From Candidatus Poribacteria bacterium (GTDB taxonomy: Bacteria > Poribacteria > WGA-4E > JAJDTR01), in the NCBI GenBank assembly GCA_965222225.1, contig CBDCTK010000002.1, positions 5,408,001 to 5,472,000 on the forward strand: 64,000 nt of DNA, written 5' to 3'. Within the stretch, counting starts at the first letter, position 1. Every line of letters starts with the position of its first letter. The position numbers and the translations under genes were made by a program. The notes below the pieces were generated by a model. That model was not told the origin of the DNA, ran no database searches, and was given only the letters and a program-made list of their open reading frames with translations. Of this stretch, positions 11,737 through 21,038 are shown one piece after another.

Positions 11737-12065
11737 ATCAAACGACCGATCAAAGGAACGGATAGTGACTGCGATAGAGTTCCCATAGAGATTCCTGATA
11801 GGAAGGATCAAGTGACCGAATAGGATCAACCGAGTGGCTAGCGAGGACGATAGAGTTCCTCATGCGATAGGGATCCTAAGGCGATAGTAAATCCCATAGG
11901 GAGTGCGATAGAACTTCCATAGAAATTCGACCAGCCTTTGAAAGCGCCAGCGGTGCGAAAGGTGTATAGTAACGCGGATTCACTACACACCAAAGCCCCA
12001 GCGGAGATCAAGCGAATGGATAATGAGCAATCAAACGAGCGAACAGCGAGTGCGATAGAGATCGC
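11737..12065 (+). mobile_element. Cluster of ~6 nested copies of the 36-nt structured element
   Basis: ATCAA heads at 11737, 11749, 11807, 11825, 12007 and 12030, with stacked GCGATAG..TCC tails at 11863-11929. Confidence 0.8.
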
Positions 12066-12139
12066 ATTCAAACAATATCTCCGACCGACATTATCCTCAA
12101 AATTGATTATATAATCACCAACAATTCCCCAATTTCAGG

Positions 12140-12585
12140 TTGACGCATAACAGAAAATTTGGTATGATAAACCCCGATGGTGTCCTCAATTTCGTCTGGG
12201 AACAGCGCGATGGGGCCTTTGCGTCTACGAACAACATCCGAATTCATTACTTGGACTACGCCGGCAGCAATCCACCTATGGTGCTCATGCCGGGATTGAC
12301 GGATAATGCCCACTCGTTTGGCGGTCTCATTCACGCCGGCTTGAACAAGGGGCGCCGCGTCCTCACCCTTGACTTACGGGGGCGCGGGCTGAGCGACAAA
12401 ACCCAACACCGGCTACGGCATGGCTGACCATGCGGCGGACGTAGTGGGCTTATTGGATGCATTGGGACTCGACCAAGTAGTGCTCGGCGGGCACTACTTC
12501 GGAGGCATGTTGGCGCTGTACATGGCGGCAAAGTACCCGGAACGGTTCAGCAAACTGGTCATCATTGATTCCGCCATCTCCTGGC
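12140..12585 (+). pseudogene. Alpha/beta hydrolase fragment (frameshifted, 3'-truncated)
   Basis: PMVLMPGLT, LDLRGRGLSD; second frame LGGHYFGGMLA...YPERFSKLVIID. Confidence 0.8.
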
Positions 12586-12589
12586 CCTC

Positions 12590-13135
12590 CGACATGGGTA
12601 TAAATCTGAAACGGCTTGGTACATGATGCATCGGATTCGGGCTGAAGTGGCAACAGATAGCCATGTTTTGCTACAGGGGACTATTGAAGCGAATGAAACC
12701 TATGTTGATGGTATACCCCCGCAAGCACAACGAAAGGCAAAAGAACAACGACGAACCCCCAAAGCGGGGCGGGGTACGAAGAAAACGCTTGTAATAGGCG
12801 CGTTGGAATGGAGTGGAAAAGTCGAGCTCAGTTTGCGGACAATTTGACCGGAAAAGTCGTATTGAAATTCCTCAAGCGAAACGCGAACGCCGATAACTTG
12901 ATACTGATTACAGACGAATATAGGGCGCACAACTCTGTCAGTAGTATTATACCACACGAAAGCTATTAATCGCGACGACCGTTATGTTGATGTACGCCCC
13001 CATGCCAACACCATTGAAAGGTTCTGGCCAATTCTGAAACGGGCTTGGAATGGGAAACAGTATCATTACTTCGTTAGGGTGTGCTTTACATAACTTCAAT
13101 ACTGGAGTTCCTGTAGATAACCGTTCCGTTTTCTT
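12590..13135 (+). mobile_element. Degraded IS1595-family transposase fragment
   Basis: AWYMMHRIR, GTIEANETYVDG, GRGTKKT, LITDEY and HANTIERFW across frameshifts. Homologous to the intact copy at 45021. Confidence 0.8.
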
Positions 13136-13585
13136 TCGTTCCGAGAGACCAACATGTGAAATGTTATTTCTACTGTTGTCAAGTTGTCGCTCTGCTTCCT
13201 CAACAACGGCCATCGGTTCAAGTTCGTAGATAACTTTCACCTTTATTTGATTTTTTGCATAGAATACAGCAAAATAGACCTTATGATTTCTCCAAATCCT
13301 ATTCAAGGATTCCACGCGTTTGTCTGGCGGATGCTTAAACATTCTATCAAACTGTCCAGAACCACCTTCTTTGCAGGACAAATATTCATACAGAATAGTG
13401 GGGTCGTTGGGGGCGTGAGCATCAGCATCTCGTTTTGAGGTTATTAGGGTATGTCCGAGAATATCGGCAATGATCATTTCTTTAACTAGCCCTGGCTGGA
13501 GAAGGTTGTTGATATTTACAGTTCTCGCCAAATCAGTCGCTTTAGTAACAAGCTCAATAATTTTGCGATATATTGCCTTGCCCAT
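13086..13585 (-). pseudogene. Putative type II restriction endonuclease, frameshifted near the C-terminus
   Basis: Starts 2 nt after the MTase stop. Has a PD-(D/E)xK-like DADA...YEYLS segment and low GC. A frame switch at ~13140 restores the tail KENGTVIY. Confidence 0.55.
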
Positions 13586-13586
13586 A

Positions 13587-14385
13587 TCACATAAACACCT
13601 GTTGATTAGGAAGTTCGGAAAGTCTTTTTTCCGCACTCTGAACGAAGTTCGGTTCATAGTCGAAGGCGATAAAATTTCGCCCGTGTTTTTTACACGCGAC
13701 AGGACATGTACCAACCCCTGTAAATGGGTCTAAGACTAGGTCGCCCGGAGATGAACTTGCTAATACAATTCGTTCTAGTAACTTTTCAGGTTTCTGGATA
13801 GTGTGTAAGTGCTTCTCGGCTAATAAGTTCTTTTGACTTGTAGGTAAGTTGCTTAATATCTCCCCAGACGTTTCCTGGGTTCTTACCTTTACTATTAAAC
13901 TTGGTTTTTCCAAACTTGCCATTCAGCACAGAGGGCACGCGTTCACACCGAAGCCGCTGATTTAGCTCAACAAGCTGTGCCACCCTAATGGCATCTAGGT
14001 TATAACATCGCGGGCGAGTGCCCTTGATGAAGTAACAGATTAAATCATAGTTATTTGTATAGTTTATTCTGCCTTGAGCAAGGCGGCTTGGCTGATACCA
14101 TACAATCTTTGAACGAAGGTTCAAAAACTTCCGATAATCAATGAAATCAATACAGTCCGGTTTGCCAAACAAATACAAAGCTCCACCAGACTTTAATTTA
14201 GGGGAAAAGCGCTGTATCAAATCAAGGTTAAAATCCTGAATAGAAACAACCTTATCCCATGGTTTATCTGTTCTGGCATACGGACCATCGCATACAATCA
14301 GATCTATTGATTCATCCTCAATCTTGTCTAATAGTTCAAATGCATCACCGCAGTAAATCCTGTTAGGTTCAAGGCTATTTGTCAT
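13587..14385 (-). pseudogene. Beta-class N4/N6 DNA methyltransferase, frameshifted at ~13808
   Basis: SIDLIVCDGPY, GKNPGNVW; second frame TIQKPEKLLERIV...VLDPFTGVGT. Confidence 0.88.
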
Positions 14386-14571
14386 GGTTCTGTCCTCCAT
14401 GTGTAAACATACATTACTATTATATCATACTATACCCGCCACAGGACACGAAAAACAACCACTGTGGCAAAATGCCACGCAACCGAAAATTCCAGAACTA
14501 CGCAGTGCGTTTAATGGAGTATTCATTCACACAATATTAATGCCCGCTGAAGAGCTGTAGGAGAGACATTC

Positions 14572-15567
14572 ATGGATTTAAAACCGCTGAGAACCGGCTT
14601 TATTGGCGCAGGCGGCTTCGCGAGGCATACGCTCTACCCGGCGTTGCACTTCGCCCCGATTGACTTACAGGCGATTTGCGAGATTGACGAAGAAAGAGCG
14701 AAAAACGTACTGGGAAAATTCGGCACCGGGCGGTGGTATGCGGATTACCATCAGATGTGGGAAAATGAAGATATTGAGGCGATGATTATCTGTGCCGGCC
14801 CCGAGGCGCGCCAATCCCTCGTCTGCGAAGCCCTTGAAGCCGGGTATCACGTCTTTGTGCCTAAGCCGCCCGCAGAGACCCTCGCGGCAGCGACCGAGAT
14901 AGCCGAAGTCGCGAATCGCACAAACAAAGTCGTGAAGGTGAACTTTCAACGTCGATTTAGCCTCGGCGTTCGGCGCGCCATGGAGATTATGAGTGGAGAC
15001 AGTTTCGGCAAAGTCACACAACTTCTCGGCTCGTTCTGCTCGGGCAACTACCGTTCGCGTCTTGCGAAGACAAGCGAAACAGGGGAGTGCGGAGCGGGAC
15101 AGGTCTATCTGCTAGATTTCGCAATTCACTATTTCGATCTGATTCGTTACATCGGTGGAGAGGTGAAAGCGGTTTCCTCTTTCCACAACGAGATTGGAGG
15201 ACAAGGGGCTTTCGCGGTAACCTTGCAGTTCGAGAGTGGAGCGGTCGGAACGCTGCAACTCAACAGCCACCGCCTATGGGGGCGTAACTACGACCGTGTC
15301 GAAATCACCGGTCAGGGAGAATACATTATCCTTGACGGTTTGTGGTGCGTTGCCCACTACACCGAATCCCAAAACCATTTCACGGATAATTTCAGCGATC
15401 AACGCACTGGCGAATTGACCGGTGACGGATACAGCTTGACCGAATTCGTGAGCGCCATCCGAGAAGAGCGTGAGCCGATTGCAAGCATCCACGATTGCCT
15501 CGGGACAATGAGGCTTTATGAAGCCGTGCTGGCAAAACAGAAAGGTGTAGTTGAATTAAGCGATTAA
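14572..15567 (+). CDS. Gfo/Idh/MocA-family oxidoreductase
   Basis: GFIGAGGFA, HVFVPKPPA, NFQRRF, LLDFAIHYFD. Confidence 0.9.
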   Translation: MDLKPLRTGFIGAGGFARHTLYPALHFAPIDLQAICEIDEERAKNVLGKFGTGRWYADYHQMWENEDIEAMIICAGPEARQSLVCEALEAGYHVFVPKPPAETLAAATEIAEVANRTNKVVKVNFQRRFSLGVRRAMEIMSGDSFGKVTQLLGSFCSGNYRSRLAKTSETGECGAGQVYLLDFAIHYFDLIRYIGGEVKAVSSFHNEIGGQGAFAVTLQFESGAVGTLQLNSHRLWGRNYDRVEITGQGEYIILDGLWCVAHYTESQNHFTDNFSDQRTGELTGDGYSLTEFVSAIREEREPIASIHDCLGTMRLYEAVLAKQKGVVELSD

Positions 15568-15569
15568 GC

Positions 15570-15770
15570 GATTAAGCGAGCGAATAGATCAAGTGACCGG
15601 ATAGGGAACGCGATAGCAATCCCCTGAAGCGACTGAATAAGTTGTAGGGTGGGATCAAAGGAGTGAATAACGATCAAGCGAATGAATAATGAGTGCGATA
15701 GTGAATCCCGTACGATAGAGGTCCCCCTGCCCACCATCTCTTGGGGTATCCCAATGCGATAGAGTCTCCG
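15570..15770 (+). mobile_element. Cluster of ~5 copies of the 36-nt element, two inside REP GTAGGGTGGG...CTGCCCACC
   Basis: Heads at 15571, 15588, 15625, 15654 and 15673. REP arms at 15644-15653 and 15727-15735. Confidence 0.8.
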
Positions 15771-15898
15771 CTCATTCCTGCTCGGCTCGGATTGCCAAAT
15801 CCAAGCCTTGGCCGATTGCGTCATCAGTTCGTAGGTTGGGTTGAACGGAAACCCAACACCTCATCTGAATCACGGAACTAACAAGGAACATTTGACAA

Positions 15899-16285
15899 AT
15901 GGATGAAGACAAACGCTTTGAAAAGGGCATGAAAATCCGAAGGGAAGTCTTGGGAGATGAACATGTTGATCGAGCCCTAACTAATGCCAACGCCTTTAAT
16001 GACGCCTTTCAAGATCTGACAACCCGTTACGCATGGGGAGAAGTCTGGTCACGACCCCAGTTGTCTAAACACTCTCGAAGCCTCATTACCCTTGCAATGC
16101 TGATTGCTCTCAATAGAAAACCCGAGTTTCAACTGCATGTCAAAGCCGCGCTAAACAATGGCGTTTCCATTGAAGAGATTAAAGAAGTTGTGCTCCAATC
16201 GGCGGTATACTGCGGTTTGCCCGCCGCTCATTCCGCATTTCATGATGCCCAAGAAGTCTTTGAAGAGCTGAATTTGGAGATTTAA
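15899..16285 (+). CDS. pcaC: 4-carboxymuconolactone decarboxylase family protein
   Basis: GMKIRREVLGDEHVDRA, YAWGEVWSRP, AVYCGLPAA. Confidence 0.88.
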   Translation: MDEDKRFEKGMKIRREVLGDEHVDRALTNANAFNDAFQDLTTRYAWGEVWSRPQLSKHSRSLITLAMLIALNRKPEFQLHVKAALNNGVSIEEIKEVVLQSAVYCGLPAAHSAFHDAQEVFEELNLEI

Positions 16286-16589
16286 CGCGCACAATAGCCT
16301 TCGTAGGGTTGTCTACCTTGCCCGTGATGCCCCCAAACCGTGACGAGTGAAATGTTTCTAAGTTAATCCATCAATACGCCTCTTACAAGGCACATCCGAT
16401 GAAACGGTATAGTGGTAAATTGTCGTTAAACTCTACATAAGCGCCAAAGGATATGGACGGAACTCCATATCCGCTTGGGTGCTGCTGGATAGGCGCTGCC
16501 GGAAGCTCCGACTAGTGTGGGCAGACAGAAGGGAATCGGTCATGTTAGCTGAATTCAAGTTCGGAGATTTGCAAGGCAGCAACGAAGCC

Positions 16590-16930
16590 CATGACTGAGA
16601 CGGCGTGTTCATCGTCCGCGACGTGCTAGACCTTGATCTCGTCGGTGAATTGAACCGGCACATTGACTGGCTGATTGAGCGAAACCCCGGCGATATCTCG
16701 GTGCATCATCCGCACACGGTCCATGGCTCCGATGCCAACATCAGTGACCGCTGGCGTTGCGGCGTTCCATTCAATGTATGCCTGCGACAACTCGCGTAAC
16801 AAAACCTTGGTCCTGTACATTCCTGTTTCGCGGCGAAGCCGCTGAAGACGTCATTAACGATTATAAGCGTAAACCAACATACATTGCGGGAGAACGCATG
16901 CCGTTCAAATGTTGTGAATCATGGAAGTGA
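16590..16930 (+). pseudogene. Phytanoyl-CoA dioxygenase (PhyH) family remnant with internal deletion
   Basis: The N-terminal segment DGVFIVRDVLD...HIDWL is joined directly to the C-terminal GDISVHHPHTVHGSDAN.SDRWRCG. The HxD region is missing. Confidence 0.7.
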
Positions 16931-16965
16931 ATCAAAGCAACAAACACTGAAAGAAGATTGCGCTC

Positions 16966-17802
16966 ATGAACGAACACGACGAAAAGGCGTACTATCCGGA
17001 CATCCGACAGACCGTTTGGCTACTGATATGCCTCTTTTTTCTCTTGGTTCTCATAAGCGTTCCTTTCTTTCTGGTCGATTTTTGGATTGATTACCACCTG
17101 CTTGAACATCCCGCTTGCTTCGGTGCAATCAGTGCCGTAGCGTTTGGACTAGCGCTGAAATGGGGCATCGGCAAAACAGGTCGCTCGTTTTCGGAGGTCT
17201 GTCCCGCCGCGTCTGTTGAGCGTTCATTATATCCGTTAATGGTGTTGCTTATCTTGGGACTGGAGATTCTTCTCTCCGAGGCAGACAATGTTCTGCGTAC
17301 ACTGCTGCCTGCACCGCAATGGCTGATGGATCAACTATTGGATTTGGTACGGGCAGAACAGAGTCTTTGGGGGTCGATACTTGTACTTGTAATCGTCGCC
17401 CCCCTCGCGGAAGAGTTTCTGTTCCGTGGCCTCATTTTGAATGGATTTCTGCGCAAATATTCAGTCACGAAGTCCATTCTTGTATCCGCTCTGCTCTTTG
17501 CCCTGTACCACTTGAATCCGTGGCAATTCCTAGGCGCCTTCGTGGGTGGGATAATCCTCGCGTGGTGGAGGATTCGTACAGGCTCGATTGTGCCCTGTAT
17601 CTTCGGACATGCGTTAAAGAATGGGATACCAATGATTGTTATGGGGGTAAAGATTGAAATCAGCGGGTATTCATCGGATCCCACGGGACCAGTTCAGTTG
17701 CAACCGTGGTGGTTCGATGTGACTGGCGTCATACTGTTTGTCGCCGCTCTCTTTGCCCTCCAGCAACGGTTTGCCGAACTCGCACCGCCTAACGAGGTTT
17801 GA
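16966..17802 (+). CDS. CPBP/CAAX-family intramembrane metalloprotease
   Basis: APLAEEFLFRG, LLFALYH, GHALKN; multiple TM helices. Confidence 0.9.
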   Translation: MNEHDEKAYYPDIRQTVWLLICLFFLLVLISVPFFLVDFWIDYHLLEHPACFGAISAVAFGLALKWGIGKTGRSFSEVCPAASVERSLYPLMVLLILGLEILLSEADNVLRTLLPAPQWLMDQLLDLVRAEQSLWGSILVLVIVAPLAEEFLFRGLILNGFLRKYSVTKSILVSALLFALYHLNPWQFLGAFVGGIILAWWRIRTGSIVPCIFGHALKNGIPMIVMGVKIEISGYSSDPTGPVQLQPWWFDVTGVILFVAALFALQQRFAELAPPNEV

Positions 17803-17805
17803 TTC

Positions 17806-18957
17806 ATGGCACACGCCTATACGCCGGGGCTAAAAGTCTCAAGAGGTATGACGATACACAAGCAGCGCAGGCTACCGCTTGAAGGTGAAGTGCTTGTGGG
17901 TGTCGGTGACAAAGTTTGTGCCGACGAGGTCGTCGCAAAGGCGGATCTCCCTGGCAATGTGCAGCTGGTAAATATTGCGAATCTGCTCAGCGTTCCCGCC
18001 GGTGATGTGGAGGAATACACAACCAAAAAGATAGGCGAAAGCGTCGAAAAAGATGAAATCCTCGCGGCAACCAAAGGAATTTTCGGGCTTTTCAAATCAC
18101 AAGCCCGTTCCCCGATTTCTGGAATGGTCGAAAACATTTCCGATGTCACTGGACATGTGATTCTTCGCGAGCCTCCAATCCCTGTCGAGGTGAGAGCTTA
18201 TGTAGACGGATCTGTCACTGAAGTCGCTGGTAATGAAGGGATTACCGTCGAGGCCTACGGTACCTACATTCAGGGAATCTTCGGTATCGGAGGAGAAACC
18301 CTTGGAATACTGGAGGTCGTCGTCAGCTCCCCTGATGCGCCTCTTACCCCTGACCTAATTCAGCCTCAACACCGGGACAAAATTCTTGTCGGTGGGTCGA
18401 TTGTTTCGCACGATGCGATTCAAGCGGCGATTCGAAGTGGTGTTAGAGGATTGATTGTGGGCGGTATTGATGACAAAGATCTCCGGGAACTCTTGCGTTA
18501 TGAACTCGGTGTCGCCATCACTGGCTCCGAAGACATCGGTATCACCCTCGTTGTTACGGAAGGCTTTGGGAAGATCCGAATGGCGGATCGCACTTTCAAT
18601 CTACTTAAGGAACGACAAGGCCTCAAAACATCAATCAATGGTACAACCCAAATTCGCGCCGGAGTGGTACGTCCGGAAATCGTCGTTCCTTTCGAATCAA
18701 GCGGGCATCTGATAGAGGATGCTGTCGTAGCCGGAATACTTGAGGTCGGCACGCCGGTTCGTGTCATTCGTGAACCCTATTTCGGACAACTTGGTCGTGT
18801 TACCGCGTTGCCTGTCGAACGCCAACAGCTGGAAACCGGAGCCAAGGTGCGCATCTTGGAAGCTGAGTTGGACGACGGCGCACAAATAACGCTTCCGCGG
18901 GCAAATGTCGAAATCATTGAGGAGACACAATCTGCCTTCTCCGACACGAGCGGATAA
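17806..18957 (+). CDS. Conserved hypothetical protein (barrel-sandwich-like N-terminus, KOW-like C-terminus)
   Basis: 383-aa ORF with MAHAYTPGL, QGIFGIGGE, LVVTEGFG, VRVIREPYFG and PRANVEII. Function not recognised. Confidence 0.75.
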   Translation: MAHAYTPGLKVSRGMTIHKQRRLPLEGEVLVGVGDKVCADEVVAKADLPGNVQLVNIANLLSVPAGDVEEYTTKKIGESVEKDEILAATKGIFGLFKSQARSPISGMVENISDVTGHVILREPPIPVEVRAYVDGSVTEVAGNEGITVEAYGTYIQGIFGIGGETLGILEVVVSSPDAPLTPDLIQPQHRDKILVGGSIVSHDAIQAAIRSGVRGLIVGGIDDKDLRELLRYELGVAITGSEDIGITLVVTEGFGKIRMADRTFNLLKERQGLKTSINGTTQIRAGVVRPEIVVPFESSGHLIEDAVVAGILEVGTPVRVIREPYFGQLGRVTALPVERQQLETGAKVRILEAELDDGAQITLPRANVEIIEETQSAFSDTSG

Positions 18958-19007
18958 TCAATACGCTAGGACTTACGCGGAAACAGGAGGTCGCGACGGT
19001 AGGCGGA

Positions 19008-19149
19008 GATCAACTGAGCGATCAGGCGACTGGATAAGGAGCGCGATAGAGTTCCTATAGCGAAGGATCAAGGTAACGGATAGTGACCGATCAACTGAAT
19101 GGACAGTGAAGGCGATAGAAAGTCTTGATAGCAATCCCATAGAGATCCG
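19008..19149 (+). mobile_element. Four-copy, three-level nest of the 36-nt element
   Basis: Removing the inner copies reconstitutes outer copies with intact pairing (see findings). Confidence 0.85.
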
Positions 19150-19416
19150 TTAATCCGCGATTCAGACAATTACTAAAATTCACAATCCCCATACCTTATT
19201 CTCTTAGCGAATAAACCACTAATACACTAATTGATAAATTTCCACCCCATGAGAAGATTAAGGGTGGAGCTAATCGATAATTCAAGCAAAATTGGCGTCA
19301 TAAACCTGATTGCGTTTCACTGCAATTATTCCATAACCACATGGGGCACCGCTAGTACCGAACCGGTCCTACACTCCTATCGCCCGATTCTTTGGAGAGA
19401 TTTGATTTTGAACACT

Positions 19417-20685
19417 ATGTATCGATTGAGGACAAATCCTTTTATGAAAGCAACAAACAGAAAACTCCGACTGGTTTTAGTCTGTTTCTCGGCAGTTTTC
19501 CTTTCATCTTCGCTGTTGGAAACCATCAACTCTGGCATAATCCTCTGCTGGGCGTCAAGTACAGATATGAACTCTACGTCTGAAGTTCAAGAGCCGTTAA
19601 AAGGAAACGCAGAGGTCGCGGACATCAATACCGGATGTTTCGGCCCAATTCATAATGAGGATGTTGACCTCGTGGAGAGTACCGAACTGATTCGACAGCA
19701 TAATCCGTTGCTATGCCAAGCCAATTTGACAAAGCAGCGAGGATTTGAAGAAATCGATCTGCTCCAAGATCGCGGGGAAGCGCCCCCAAAATTGCTAAGC
19801 AAGACCAGTCCGAAAAAATCACAGTCGCCAGAGCTGTCCGTCGATTCGCCCCTTGAGGCGGGAATTGATAGATATATCAAGAGTAACCGATACCGGCGTA
19901 CGTTGGCATCGACAGACCAAACGAGTTTCGTTGTTTACGACATTTCGAAGGGAAAAAAGGTTGTCTCGATTAACGAAGACCAACCCATGATGGCGGCGTC
20001 CCTTATCAAAAACTTTGTGATGTTAGTCTATTTTCACGAGGTCCGACAGGGACGGTTGCACCACACAAACCAGAATCGCCTACATCTGAAAAACATGATC
20101 CAGCGGAGCTATAATTCCTCGACAAACTACTTTATCAGATTGCTTGGCGGCCCCCACCGCGTGAATCAACTCCTCAGATGGAATTATCCCTTATTCGAGC
20201 ATACGCGTATCGTTGAAAATATTCCAAGCGGCGGGCGCACCTATCGAAACATGACCTCTGCGCACGATATGAACCGTTTCTATTATCAATTATGGCTGGG
20301 GCATCTGCCCCATTCTCCGAAAATGAAACATTATCTGGGTTTGCCCAAAGGGGATCGCCTTTACGATAAAACCTGCATTCCGCGGGGTGTTCACGTCTAC
20401 AATAAAACCGGCACGGTTTATGGAATGGTTGGAGATAGTGGGATTTTGGTCATCACCGACCCGAAAGGCAAACAGCGTGCATACATTCTAATCGCAATCA
20501 TTGAAGACAGGACCAAAACCAATCTTCGGAATCGCTCCCAATCCTTCGGATCCTGGGTGAGTCGCCGCACAGAAATCCTGCGTAGTGTCTCGGAAGGTGT
20601 CTACGAATATATCTACGAGCGGCATTATGGTGGAGTATACCAGTGCCGGCAGCATCGCGGTAGACACCTAATCGCTAGGAAGTAG
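19417..20685 (+). CDS. Class-A beta-lactamase-like serine hydrolase / PBP-like protein (start uncertain)
   Basis: Motifs SxxK (ASLIK), SxN (SYN) and KTG; N-terminal hydrophobic segment. Confidence 0.85.
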   Translation: MYRLRTNPFMKATNRKLRLVLVCFSAVFLSSSLLETINSGIILCWASSTDMNSTSEVQEPLKGNAEVADINTGCFGPIHNEDVDLVESTELIRQHNPLLCQANLTKQRGFEEIDLLQDRGEAPPKLLSKTSPKKSQSPELSVDSPLEAGIDRYIKSNRYRRTLASTDQTSFVVYDISKGKKVVSINEDQPMMAASLIKNFVMLVYFHEVRQGRLHHTNQNRLHLKNMIQRSYNSSTNYFIRLLGGPHRVNQLLRWNYPLFEHTRIVENIPSGGRTYRNMTSAHDMNRFYYQLWLGHLPHSPKMKHYLGLPKGDRLYDKTCIPRGVHVYNKTGTVYGMVGDSGILVITDPKGKQRAYILIAIIEDRTKTNLRNRSQSFGSWVSRRTEILRSVSEGVYEYIYERHYGGVYQCRQHRGRHLIARK

Positions 20686-20693
20686 CTCTTCTT

Positions 20694-20940
20694 GTAGGGT
20701 GGGATCAAGCGAGTGAATAGCGATCAAGGGAACGAACAGTGATCGATCAACTGAATGGACAGTGAAGGCGATAGAAATTCCCTCAAGCGAACGATCAACT
20801 GAGATCAAACGAGCGAATAGCGATTGACCGAGTGGACAACGAGGGACAACTGAGTGAATAACGAAGGCGATAGCAATCCCGTGCGATAGAGCTCCATCAG
20901 CGATTATTAAGTCGTCGTTTTTCCTTCTTATTGCCCACCA
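20694..20940 (+). mobile_element. Cluster of ~8 copies of the 36-nt element inside REP GTAGGGTGGG...TGCCCACC
   Basis: Heads at 20704, 20723, 20746, 20783, 20794, 20804, 20823 and 20846. REP right arm at ~20932-20939. Confidence 0.8.
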
Positions 20941-21038
20941 TCCCCAAACACGTAGTCAACTGATTATACAATATATTGTACGATATGTGACAGTATTACA
21001 CTATATATTGATAATTATTTTATTTCCAAATAAGCTGT

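Noticed and set aside
11737-20895. 36-nt repeat clusters as CRISPR arrays
   Set aside because: There are no unique spacers, the copies are nested and variable rather than regularly spaced, and no cas genes are present.
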